Below, one piece after another: positions 53,595 to 62,536 of a stretch of 62,536 nucleotides of DNA. Both the position numbers and the translations under genes were made by a program. The notes under the pieces were generated by a model. The model worked only from the letters and a program-made list of their open reading frames with translations, made no database searches and had not been told where the DNA came from. How positions within the stretch are numbered: the first letter of the stretch is position 1; each line of letters begins with the position of its first letter. The stretch comes from Deinococcales bacterium (lineage in GTDB: Bacteria; Deinococcota; Deinococci; Deinococcales; JAAFIG01): contig JAYWGM010000098.1 in the NCBI GenBank assembly GCA_043778225.1, positions 1-62,536 on the forward strand. The letters run 5' to 3'.

Positions 53595-54593
53595 ATGCCA
53601 GACGATTATGGTTATATCAATGCTCGAGTGCGGGTCATGCACTCTGGATTGGTGACCAAGAAACTCGATGAGGCGATTAACGCGGCTTCGTATTCCGAGT
53701 TTCTAAGAATCCTGTCCGAAACCAGCATGAGTGCCGACTTGGGCGATGCCACTGCCTCTGGTGCTGGATTGCCACAACTCGATGCAGCCCTGTCCAGAAA
53801 CTTTTTTAACACAGCGCAAAAAATTGTTGGTATGGGAACAGGTTCGGCAGGTAAAGACATTGCGCTGCTTTTTGCGCGTTATGACCTCCTGAACCTAAAA
53901 GCCGTGGCTCGAGGTAAAATCGGTGGGCGCAGCCCAGAAGAAATTCTGGCGAACTTGACCCCTGCCGGTAGCCTCAAACCTGTGGTGCTGCAAGCCCTAG
54001 CCAGTGCTTCTGATATTGGTAACTTGGCGGGTGTGGCAGGAGTCAATGCTTCGCCGCTTTCCAGTGCTTTCCGTAAAGCCGCCCAAGCCCTGACCGCCGA
54101 TAACAATTTACTCGAGTACGAAGTCGCCCTTGACCAAGCCTATTACAACACTGCCATCAAAGGCGCAGATTCTACAGTCCTAAAAGACTATTTGCGCCGC
54201 GAAGTAGACGGAGCGAACCTGTTGACCGCCATGAAATTAAAAGCTTCAGGGGCAAATGCCAATTCGGATTTGTACTTTGTGAAAGGCGGCAAAGAAGTCA
54301 ATCAAGCTCGGTTTGACCAAATTGTGTCGGGTAACGGCGGACTCGAGGGCTTAACTGCCTTTGCTCGAGTAAGCGAGACCACCGACTTAGGACAAGCCGA
54401 GAATGCTGTTCGCAGCGTCATGCTCGAAAATGCCAAAAAAGCCTACACGGGCGATGCACTCGGCATTGGCGTGGTGATTGGTTTTTTGAAAGAAAAAGAA
54501 CAAGAAGTTGCTCTTGCACGCTTAATCGCCAGAGCCAAGTTCTACAATGTCCCCACCGATGTGATTAAAAAGGAGGTCGGACGTGGCGCTTAA
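53595..54593 (+). CDS. atpC: V/A-type ATP synthase subunit C
   Basis: DDYGYINARVR, YDLLNLK, EVALD..YY. Confidence 0.92.
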   Translation: MPDDYGYINARVRVMHSGLVTKKLDEAINAASYSEFLRILSETSMSADLGDATASGAGLPQLDAALSRNFFNTAQKIVGMGTGSAGKDIALLFARYDLLNLKAVARGKIGGRSPEEILANLTPAGSLKPVVLQALASASDIGNLAGVAGVNASPLSSAFRKAAQALTADNNLLEYEVALDQAYYNTAIKGADSTVLKDYLRREVDGANLLTAMKLKASGANANSDLYFVKGGKEVNQARFDQIVSGNGGLEGLTAFARVSETTDLGQAENAVRSVMLENAKKAYTGDALGIGVVIGFLKEKEQEVALARLIARAKFYNVPTDVIKKEVGRGA

Positions 54594-54909
54594 ACTCGCA
54601 GTTCTGACCGATGGCGAAACCGCCACTGGCTTTAGATTAGCTGGCGTGGACGTTCTCGAAGCCACCAAAGACACCGCCATTAAAACCTTAGAAGCTGCCA
54701 TCCAAAGTAACAACTTTGGTTTAATCGCCGTTGACGAAGCCGTGATTGCCGACCCAGCCAAGTCGCTCGAGCGTCAAATGCGCGGACGGCAACTGCCAGT
54801 CTTGTTGCCAATTCCAAGCCTGACCGCCGCCTTTTCCGACAACGTAGACGCAAAAGCCTATATGCGCGAATTGGTACGCAGCACCATCGGATTTGAAATA
54901 AAACTTTAG
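54583..54909 (+). CDS. atpF: V/A-type ATP synthase subunit F
   Basis: ETATGFRLAGV, VRSTIGFEIKL. Confidence 0.93.
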   Translation: MALKLAVLTDGETATGFRLAGVDVLEATKDTAIKTLEAAIQSNNFGLIAVDEAVIADPAKSLERQMRGRQLPVLLPIPSLTAAFSDNVDAKAYMRELVRSTIGFEIKL

Positions 54910-54992
54910 GTGAAAAGGAAAAATAGGGAAAAAGGTTAAAAGTTTTCCCAATCCACCTTTCACCCTTTCACCCTGTTTTTCTGGAGGTACAA

Positions 54993-56729
54993 ATGGCAGG
55001 TAAAATTAAGAAAATTGCCGGTCCAGCCGTAATCGTCGAGGACTTAGAAGGCGCGAAAATGAACGACATTGTTCGCGTTGGTAATGAACAACTCGTTGGC
55101 GAGATTATTCGGTTAGATGGTAAGGAATGCTTCGTGCAGGTCTACGAAGATACAAACGGTCTGTGTGTGGGCGAAACGGTGATTACCACCAATTTGCCGT
55201 TAGCCGTAGAACTTGGTCCGGGGATGCTCAATGGTGTGTTTGACGGAATTCAACGTCCACTGGACAAAATCCGTGAAGCCTCTGGCGATTTTATTGCCCG
55301 TGGTGTCAACGTAAAGTCCCTCTCGAGAACCCAAAAATGGGCTTTTACCCCGACTTCTAAAGTTGGCGATAAAGTTCTTGGCGGCTCGAGCATTGGGTCA
55401 GTCCCAGAATTTAGTTTTGTCCATAAAATTCTTGTTCCACCCAATGTTTCTGGCACAATCAAAAGCATCCAAGCGGCTGGCGAATATACCCTTGATGATG
55501 TCATGGCGACCCTCGAGGACGGCACTGAACTGCGGATGTACCACACTTGGGCAGTACGTCGTCCGCGCCCAGTCACCAAGAAACTCGAGCCTAACCTGCC
55601 GTTTTTGACCGGAATGCGAATTTTGGATGTCCTTTGCCCATTAACTGCTGGTGGGACAGCCGCGATTCCAGGTCCGTTCGGCGCTGGTAAAACTGTGACC
55701 CAACAAAGCGTTGCTAAATACGGTAATGCCGATGTCGTGGTTTACGTTGGATGCGGCGAACGCGGTAACGAAATGACCGATGTGTTGGTCGAATTCCCAG
55801 AACTCGAGGATCCAAAAACGGGTAAGCCACTGATGCAGCGCACGTTACTCCTGGCAAACACTTCCAATATGCCAGTGGCTGCCCGTGAAGCCAGTCTGTA
55901 CTGCGGTATTACATTGGCAGAATACTTCCGCGACCAAGGCTATGCCGTCTCGATGATGGCAGACAGCACCAGCCGTTGGGCAGAAGCCTTGCGTGAAATT
56001 GCTTCGCGCTTGCAAGAAATGCCAGCCGAGGAAGGCTACCCGCCGTACCTTGCTTCGCGTCTTAGTGCATTCTACGAACGTGCAGGTCGGGTTACGACCC
56101 TCGCTGGTGACACTGGTAGCGTTTCGGTTATCGGTGCGGTAAGTCCAGCAGGTGGCGACTTCTCCGAACCTGTGACCCAAGCCACCTTGCGTATCACTGG
56201 TGCATTCTGGGCGCTTGATGCCAGCCTTAGCCGCGCACGTCACTTCCCAGCCATTAACTGGGCGCAGAGCTACAGCTTATTCAACCGTATTCTCGAGCCT
56301 TGGTACAGAGAAAACATTGCAAAGGATTACCCAGAAAAACGCATTGCGCTCATCAACTTGCTGCAAAAAGAAGCTGCCTTACAAGAAGTCGTACAACTGG
56401 TCGGACCAGACGCTCTAGCCGACAACGAACGCCTTAGCCTCGAGGTTGGACGGATTGTGCGCGAGGATTTCTTGCAACAAAACGGTTACGACAAAGTGGA
56501 CGCGAGTTGCTCGATGCAAAAAGCCTACGGCATGATGAACATGATGCTCGAGTTGTACAAAGCTGGCGACGCAATGCTAAGTAAAGGCGGCGCAATCACC
56601 GATTTCTTAGATGATGCAGCCACGATTGAAAAAGTCGGTCGCGCCCGTTTCGTACCCGAAGATGAATTCCCAGCCTACCAAGCCGAGTACATGAAAATGC
56701 TCGAGACTTCGTTTCGCGCCAAAGCATAG
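54993..56729 (+). CDS. atpA: V/A-type ATP synthase subunit A
   Basis: [30 protein letters not shown]. Confidence 0.97.
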   Translation: MAGKIKKIAGPAVIVEDLEGAKMNDIVRVGNEQLVGEIIRLDGKECFVQVYEDTNGLCVGETVITTNLPLAVELGPGMLNGVFDGIQRPLDKIREASGDFIARGVNVKSLSRTQKWAFTPTSKVGDKVLGGSSIGSVPEFSFVHKILVPPNVSGTIKSIQAAGEYTLDDVMATLEDGTELRMYHTWAVRRPRPVTKKLEPNLPFLTGMRILDVLCPLTAGGTAAIPGPFGAGKTVTQQSVAKYGNADVVVYVGCGERGNEMTDVLVEFPELEDPKTGKPLMQRTLLLANTSNMPVAAREASLYCGITLAEYFRDQGYAVSMMADSTSRWAEALREIASRLQEMPAEEGYPPYLASRLSAFYERAGRVTTLAGDTGSVSVIGAVSPAGGDFSEPVTQATLRITGAFWALDASLSRARHFPAINWAQSYSLFNRILEPWYRENIAKDYPEKRIALINLLQKEAALQEVVQLVGPDALADNERLSLEVGRIVREDFLQQNGYDKVDASCSMQKAYGMMNMMLELYKAGDAMLSKGGAITDFLDDAATIEKVGRARFVPEDEFPAYQAEYMKMLETSFRAKA

Positions 56730-56766
56730 AATTAGTGCTACTCAGATGTGCAAATCGAGGTGACGT

Positions 56767-57084
56767 ATGAAACTCCTAAAAATTATTTTATTGATAGCGA
56801 TTTGTACGGGCTGCACAGCACCTCAAGATTCGTCAACACCAAAAATAGCTGTTGATAATGTTGAAGGATACCTCGATCCAAGACTTCCAGAAAAAGAAAA
56901 AGCAGTGATGCGTAACATATTGCAATCCATGCAACCAGATTCGAGATCAAATTATGTGGATTATATTGACTCCCAAGGGAAACAACATTCAAACAACTAT
57001 GAGAGATACCACGAAATTCAATTAGGGCTAAATCTTTTTGAATATAATTCCGATGTTGGACCACTACCACAAGGCTCGAATTAA
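56767..57084 (+). CDS. Putative lipoprotein inserted between atpA and atpB
   Basis: [25 protein letters not shown] lipobox-like signal; AT-rich. Confidence 0.65.
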   Translation: MKLLKIILLIAICTGCTAPQDSSTPKIAVDNVEGYLDPRLPEKEKAVMRNILQSMQPDSRSNYVDYIDSQGKQHSNNYERYHEIQLGLNLFEYNSDVGPLPQGSN

Positions 57085-57127
57085 AACATCACTGCAACAA
57101 CTGAGTAGCAAGAAATGGAGGTACAGA

Positions 57128-58531
57128 GTGAGCTTATTAACCAAAGAATACACCGAAGTCGAATACGTTTCAGGACCACTTTTGTTCTTGAAAAGTGCCT
57201 CTGATTTGCCTTATGGCGCTATCGTTGACATCACCGATGGTGTGAACCGCGTCCGTGGTGGTCAGGTCATCGAAGTTTCCGACGAATACACCGTGCTTCA
57301 AGTCTTCGAGGAAACATCAGGTTTAGACCTTGCCCGTACCAAAGTCTCCTTGGTCGAAGATGTCGCCCGTCTTGGCGTATCCAAAGAAATGATTGGTCGT
57401 CGCTTCAACGGAATCGGCAAACCCATTGACGGACTGCCACCTGTTGTCGCCGAAAAGCGGCTCCCAATTAACGGAAGCGCGATTAACCCAGTTTCTCGAG
57501 AAAAACCAGAAGAATTTATTCAAACAGGCATCTCGAGCATTGACGTGAACATCTCACTTGTGCGCGGACAGAAACTCCCGATTTTCTCGGCATCTGGTCT
57601 GCCACACAACGAACTTGCCTTGCAAATTGCCCGTCAAGCCAAAGTGCTAGGCGAAGGCGAAGGGTTTGCTGTGGTCTTTGCCGCCATGGGTATTACCCAA
57701 CGCGAAGCCAGCCAATTCGTATCTGGATTCGAGCAAACAGGAGCGCTTGCGCGTTCGGTGTTGTTCCTGAACCAAGCCGACGACCCAACCGTAGAACGTC
57801 TTCTGACCCCACGCATGGCATTGACCGCCGCCGAGTACCTAGCTTTCGAGCATGGCTACCACGTACTGGTCATCCTGACCGACCTTACGAACTACTGCGA
57901 AGCACTTCGTGAAATCGGTGGCGCTCGAGAAGAAATCCCAGGTCGTCGTGGCTACCCAGGTTATATGTACACCGACCTTGCCTCGCTATACGAACGCGCA
58001 GGTGTCATCCACGGCAAACCAGGTTCGGTTACCCAAATTCCAATTCTCTCGATGCCCGGCGACGACATCACCCACCCAATTCCAGACTTAACCGGTTACA
58101 TCACCGAAGGTCAAATCTACGTGGCTCGTAACTTGGACAGCGCTGGTATTTACCCACCGATCAACGTCCAACCAAGCCTGAGCCGCCTCATGAACAACGG
58201 CATCGGAAAAGGCAAAACTCGAGCCGACCACAAAGAAGTCGCCGATCAACTCTTTGCTTCTTACGCCCGTGGCATGGACTTGCGCCGCCTCGTTGCCATC
58301 ACCGGTGAAGATGCACTGACCGATAACGACAAGAAGTACCTGCGTTTCGCTGATGGCTTTGAAAAAACCTTCATCAACCAAGGACAAGCCAACCGTTCAA
58401 TCGAAGACAGCCTGAACATCGCATGGGCATTGCTATCCGAATTCCCAAAGAGCGAACTCAAACGTATTCGCAAAGAATTTATTGAAACGAACTACGGCAC
58501 GCAGAAACTTTCAGAACTTGTCACAGCTTAA
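57128..58531 (+). CDS. atpB: V/A-type ATP synthase subunit B
   Basis: [36 protein letters not shown] then GTG start. Confidence 0.97.
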   Translation: MSLLTKEYTEVEYVSGPLLFLKSASDLPYGAIVDITDGVNRVRGGQVIEVSDEYTVLQVFEETSGLDLARTKVSLVEDVARLGVSKEMIGRRFNGIGKPIDGLPPVVAEKRLPINGSAINPVSREKPEEFIQTGISSIDVNISLVRGQKLPIFSASGLPHNELALQIARQAKVLGEGEGFAVVFAAMGITQREASQFVSGFEQTGALARSVLFLNQADDPTVERLLTPRMALTAAEYLAFEHGYHVLVILTDLTNYCEALREIGGAREEIPGRRGYPGYMYTDLASLYERAGVIHGKPGSVTQIPILSMPGDDITHPIPDLTGYITEGQIYVARNLDSAGIYPPINVQPSLSRLMNNGIGKGKTRADHKEVADQLFASYARGMDLRRLVAITGEDALTDNDKKYLRFADGFEKTFINQGQANRSIEDSLNIAWALLSEFPKSELKRIRKEFIETNYGTQKLSELVTA

Positions 58532-58564
58532 TTTGCAATGTAGAAAAGAAGCAAGCTCCTAGGC

Positions 58565-58668
58565 ACTCCCCCACTCTCGTTCCTCGAGTTTCCCCCTCCA
58601 TGAGGGGGGCTAAAGACCCAAAACCTAGCACCCCTCTTTGAGGGGTCGAGCCTCCGGCGAGGGGGAGT
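58565..58668 (+). repeat. Multi-hairpin dispersed repeat, insert-free copy
   Basis: ACTCCCCC...GGGGGAGT ends; homologous to 20386-20573. Confidence 0.85.
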
Positions 58669-58733
58669 TCGTGAGAAGTGACGTTTTTTCGGTACAACAT
58701 TTAGAAGTAAAACCTCTCTAAGGAGGTGAACAT

Positions 58734-59408
58734 ATGGCAGAACAAATCAGTCCTACCCGCTCGAACCTTCTGGCTCGGCGTGGCTCGAGACGACTAGCAG
58801 TACAAGGCGCTGACCTTCTTAAACGCAAACGCGACGCGCTGATTGGCGAGTTTTTTGCGCTGGTTAAGGAATCTTTGGCGGCTCGAGAGATGCTTCAGCA
58901 GTCGAGTAAAGATGCTTACTTTGCACTTTTTGTGGCTAAGGCTTGGGATTCACCAGAAGCGGTGGAATCGCTGGCATTGGCTAAACCATCGGGGTTAGAA
59001 CTTGAACTCGAGGTAGAAAGTATTTACGGAGTGAAAATTCCAAAGATACAACAACCAACCTTTAGTAAAGAATTGCCTTTCTCGCCAATTGGGGCTGGCG
59101 CAAGGACGCTCGAGGCGGCAGCTCAGTTCCAGAATTTGGTCGAAGCCATTATTAAAGTGGCAGCCACCGAGAATAAATTACGGCGCATTGGAGAGGAAAT
59201 CAAGAAGACCTCGAGACGAGTGAATGCGCTCGAGCAAATTGTAATTCCGAACATCCAAGGCGAAATTAAATTTATTACCGATACGCTCGACCAACGCGGA
59301 CTCGAGGAAGTCACCACGCTCAAACGAATTAAAGCCAAAATTGACCTTGATAAAGCCACGGCTAAAGGGGTTATTAGTGCCGCCAATGAAATTGGTGCGG
59401 GTCTGTAA
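58734..59408 (+). CDS. atpD: V/A-type ATP synthase subunit D
   Basis: SPTRSNL, LLKRKRDAL, TSRRVNALEQ. Confidence 0.96.
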   Translation: MAEQISPTRSNLLARRGSRRLAVQGADLLKRKRDALIGEFFALVKESLAAREMLQQSSKDAYFALFVAKAWDSPEAVESLALAKPSGLELELEVESIYGVKIPKIQQPTFSKELPFSPIGAGARTLEAAAQFQNLVEAIIKVAATENKLRRIGEEIKKTSRRVNALEQIVIPNIQGEIKFITDTLDQRGLEEVTTLKRIKAKIDLDKATAKGVISAANEIGAGL

Positions 59409-59425
59409 AGAAAACACAGCAATTC

Positions 59426-59466
59426 AAATGCGCTCGAGTCTAGGCTTGGGCGCGTTTTTATTTTTT
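59426..59466 (+). terminator. Intrinsic terminator of the ATPase operon
   Basis: ATGCGCTCGAGTC-TA-GGCTTGGGCGCGT stem with G-U pairs, then a T-tract. Confidence 0.7.
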
Positions 59467-59483
59467 GATGCTATGCTGTTTTT

Positions 59484-59642
59484 ATGTCCGAAATAGTAAC
59501 GATAGACGAAACGATTCAAGGCGAAATTGTTGAACAAAATGGAATGTTTATATGGACTGGAGCATTACCAAATGTTGATACTCAAGACTTAATTGAACAA
59601 ATGCGCGAAGACCGAATCAATGCAATTCTCGAGAACATTTGA
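59484..59642 (+). CDS. 52-aa acidic protein, possibly antitoxin-derived (not in ORF track)
   Basis: MSEIVTIDETIQGEIVEQNGMFIWTG...IEQMREDRI; TATGCT-N6-ATG. Confidence 0.5.
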   Translation: MSEIVTIDETIQGEIVEQNGMFIWTGALPNVDTQDLIEQMREDRINAILENI

Positions 59643-59674
59643 AACGGCTGCTCGAGATTATAGGGGTTAAGTTT

Positions 59675-59896
59675 ATGAAACGAAATTACAAAAAATTACT
59701 AACCGAAAGCCTGAACGAAGCCGCAGAAATTCGCTTAGGGGCAAAAGCAACTCGAGAGACGATGCTTGAAAATGCCGTGCCAGACTTAACAGAAGCCGAG
59801 AAACTCGAGATTGACAGACGAATAACAGCATATGATGCAAACCCAAGCAGTGGTCGTTCGTGGGCAGAAGCTCGAGAACGATTACAACAGAGTTAA
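59675..59896 (+). CDS. Putative addiction-module component (antitoxin-like)
   Basis: LTEAEKLEIDRRITAYDANP..GRSW.EARERL signature. Confidence 0.7.
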   Translation: MKRNYKKLLTESLNEAAEIRLGAKATRETMLENAVPDLTEAEKLEIDRRITAYDANPSSGRSWAEARERLQQS

Positions 59897-59900
59897 AACC

Positions 59901-60083
59901 ATGATTCAAAACCCGTACACCTCGAGTAAACCTGCCGAAGAAGTAGCGCAGGAACTTCTCGAGCAAGGAATTTATGGCGAATTGCGAGATGCCTTAGCTG
60001 CGGTTAAACGTGCCAGAAGTGGTAAATCTAGGTTAGGGCGAACAGCAGTATTTCCAAATGGACAAATTACCAAAGTGGCATAG
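59901..60083 (+). CDS. Small hypothetical protein
   Basis: ATG 4 nt after the previous stop; 60 aa. Confidence 0.45.
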   Translation: MIQNPYTSSKPAEEVAQELLEQGIYGELRDALAAVKRARSGKSRLGRTAVFPNGQITKVA

Positions 60084-60190
60084 GATAATTCACTTGCATA
60101 TTTGCATAGTTTTTGAACTTAAACTAGCTAATTTTTATAGTAATAAACTATTCACTTGACAAAATTAACTATTTTGTGTATCATTCTCTC

Positions 60191-60865
60191 ATGAATTTAA
60201 AACTTTCAACTAATCCTTTTGACCGCGCTGTATCTGACACTATCCCACTTTTTGTTTTGTTCGATCTAGTAACTGAGATACGCAACGCATATCGAGTTGC
60301 TGCCTCCGAAACTCTTGAAAACCCATTATTTTCTGCTGGTATTACTTCCGAACATTTCCCTCAAGAAAGACGGTTTAGAGTTCAACAAGCCTTAGTAACT
60401 ATTGCACTGAAGCATTCACGATTTTTAAAGTATGACGAGAAAAAAACTAAGCCAAAAGGTGGCAGATTTGTTACTCTAGTGGCTGAAAATCTGTTGCTAA
60501 TAGAGAAATTCTTATCTAATCCTTCAAAATTGCCAGTACGAAAGTATGTAAGTTATTTAACAGCACAACCAAGTATTTTTGAGCCAGAATTAGAAAGCAA
60601 AGACCCAATCTTTGCAGTTATTATTCACGGCTATGATAAAATTTCGATTTTTCCAGATGCACCCGACTTTATTGATATTATTTTCCCCGACCCTGTTGAC
60701 CCAGCAAACCTGAAATCTGCGTTACATAGAATTAAATTAATGGATTTAGAATTTACTCCTACATTAGAAGAATCAATTCCGGTAGTTCCTGAAACTGTTA
60801 TCACACTTAAAAGTGAGGTGGAGTTACCCTCGGAAGTTGACCCCGAACGAGGTGAATTAAAGTGA
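60191..60865 (+). CDS. Hypothetical protein coupled to the XRE-metallopeptidase gene (candidate toxin/effector)
   Basis: AT-rich; GTGA overlap with the next gene; TATCAT-N6-ATG. Confidence 0.7.
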   Translation: MNLKLSTNPFDRAVSDTIPLFVLFDLVTEIRNAYRVAASETLENPLFSAGITSEHFPQERRFRVQQALVTIALKHSRFLKYDEKKTKPKGGRFVTLVAENLLLIEKFLSNPSKLPVRKYVSYLTAQPSIFEPELESKDPIFAVIIHGYDKISIFPDAPDFIDIIFPDPVDPANLKSALHRIKLMDLEFTPTLEESIPVVPETVITLKSEVELPSEVDPERGELK

Positions 60866-61998
60866 GAACACAATCAAGTCCTGGATTTATGCCAGAGCGA
60901 TTAAAACAGGCACGAGCGGCAATGGAGTTAAGTATCACTGCCCTGTCAGAACAGATAGGTGTCAGTCGTCAAAGTATTGACCAATTTGAACGAGGTCAGA
61001 CTACACCATCTGAGCTTACCTTATCTCAATTTGTTGATAAATTAAAGCATCCTCGTGAATTTTTTTTTAAGCCATTACCAGAATTTGATATATCTACAAT
61101 CTTCTATAGGTCAAATTCTAAAGCGAAACAACCTATGAAGAGACGTGTTGAAGTCAGAATGTTGTGGCTATGCGAACTGACAGAATTCTTAGATAAGTAT
61201 GTCAATTTGCCGAAATTTATCTTTCCTAGTTTTGATTGGATTCCCGATGACCCAAGGGCAATTAATCAACAAATGATTGAAAAAGCTGCTGACGAATTGA
61301 GGGCTTTTTGGGGTATTGCTGACCATCACCCAATTCCAGATCTTATTCGATTATTGGAATTTAATGGATTTATCATTGCCACAGATGATTTATGCGATGA
61401 AGGCATTGAAGCTCTTTCAGCTTGGGGTTATTTAGACCGTGGCTATATTCTTATTCACAAGTATGTGGGTTCGGCAGTAAGAATGCGCTTTGGAATTGCC
61501 CACGAATTAGGACATCTTATCTTGCATAGAAAAATTATTAAATCTCAAGAATTTGCAAAAGATTTTATCGATATTCTTGAAAATCAAGCTAATGCCTTTT
61601 CTGGCGCTTTTCTCGCTCCCCGCGCAGCTTTTTTACGAGATGCAGGAGCAGTAAACCTAGATAGATTACGTATCATAAAGACAAAATGGCTTATTTCTAT
61701 AGGAGCTATGATAAAAAGGGCAGAGAACATTGGATTACTTTCAAAAGAAAGTGTTAAGAGTTTATTTATTAACTACGGTAGGAGAGGCTGGCGCGGGTTT
61801 GAGCCTCTTGACGATACAATCGCATTTGAAGAGCCAAAAGTAATTCCGAATGCAATAAATCTTCTAATAACGCAACGATTTTTTTCTTCGGCTGGTCTTG
61901 AAACTTCAAGTGGCGTTTCATTTCATTTTACATCAAGTTTAATGAATTCTAGACTTGATACTTCTGGATTATCTAGCAATTATCAATCATTAAATTAG
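60862..61998 (+). CDS. XRE HTH fused to ImmA/IrrE-family (COG2856) metallopeptidase
   Basis: RLKQAR..LSEQIGVSRQSI.QFERG..P; RFGIAHELGH; ENQANAFSGAFL. Confidence 0.92.
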   Translation: MRTQSSPGFMPERLKQARAAMELSITALSEQIGVSRQSIDQFERGQTTPSELTLSQFVDKLKHPREFFFKPLPEFDISTIFYRSNSKAKQPMKRRVEVRMLWLCELTEFLDKYVNLPKFIFPSFDWIPDDPRAINQQMIEKAADELRAFWGIADHHPIPDLIRLLEFNGFIIATDDLCDEGIEALSAWGYLDRGYILIHKYVGSAVRMRFGIAHELGHLILHRKIIKSQEFAKDFIDILENQANAFSGAFLAPRAAFLRDAGAVNLDRLRIIKTKWLISIGAMIKRAENIGLLSKESVKSLFINYGRRGWRGFEPLDDTIAFEEPKVIPNAINLLITQRFFSSAGLETSSGVSFHFTSSLMNSRLDTSGLSSNYQSLN

Positions 61999-62438
61999 AC
62001 GGGAACGTTCTAGGCTCGAGAATAATTTGCTCGAGCCACGGCTTTTGTATGGGCTATACAGAATTAATCTCCCTCGAGTCCAGTCCAACTGTGCTACTGT
62101 TCCCCTGTAAACCCCGAATGTCCCTCTGGCGCTGAAAATGCGTGTACGGCTTCGGGGTATCGTCTTGTTTATGGCTTTTCTCATTTTGCTGCATGGCTAA
62201 GTTTACATGGATTTGTGCTGCTCAAGCCTCAGCTTTTGCCGCTAGATGCTAGATTATTTCCATGTTGCTGACCCTAACGCTTGACCCTGCGCTCGAGCAA
62301 CGGCTTTTGCTTGAGCATGGGCTGCCACTCGAGATGTGGTTGGCTCAAGACTTAAAATCTCGTTTTCAAGCCGATGTTTGAGGAAACTGTTTTGCTGCAA
62401 AGAATTTCTTTGGGGCTGCCTGAGTCTTTTTGGTTGTC

Positions 62439-62536
62439 ATACCAACTTTAGGTAGATAATACGGAATGTCAAGATTAGGCACACCTCTGACCGCGCACCA
62501 CACAACTGAAGAACTCGAGAAGCATTACAAGCAGTG
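62439..62536 (+). mobile_element. Probable left end of an IS630-like element, with the transposase start at 62466 (truncated by window)
   Basis: ATACCAA end motif, then MSRLGTPLTAHHTTEELEKHYKQ, which resembles N-termini of IS630-type winged-helix transposases. Only 23 codons visible. Confidence 0.45.

Noticed and set aside
61990..62184. 64-aa minus-strand ORF
   Set aside because: No recognisable motif, RBS or leaderless -10; cannot be supported.

Overview
Bacterial chromosomal window, most likely Deinococcota (inferred from the V/A-type ATPase operon, MoaD-MoaE fusion, split gcvPA/gcvPB and pervasive TANNNT-N6-start leaderless promoters). Housekeeping loci include gabT, rny, ligA, ispG, the glycine cleavage genes, mrp, hrpB, a ROK/sugar-ABC/GH3 cluster, Moco genes and the V-ATPase operon. 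Toxin-antitoxin-like cassettes and small repeats are scattered among them. The best candidate for an undescribed system is a translationally coupled four-gene operon (28142-37141, minus). It encodes a 1763-aa fusion of a DEDDh exonuclease, a DinG-type Fe-S helicase and a RecQ helicase, followed by two coiled-coil proteins and a 611-aa unknown. A second candidate is a 38-39 bp hairpin mini-element found six times, always in pairs and always inside other repeats; empty-site copies of two hosts lie in the same window. The palindrome CTCGAG is also extremely over-represented and is missing from AT-rich islets. All calls come from reading motifs by eye; no database searches were run.
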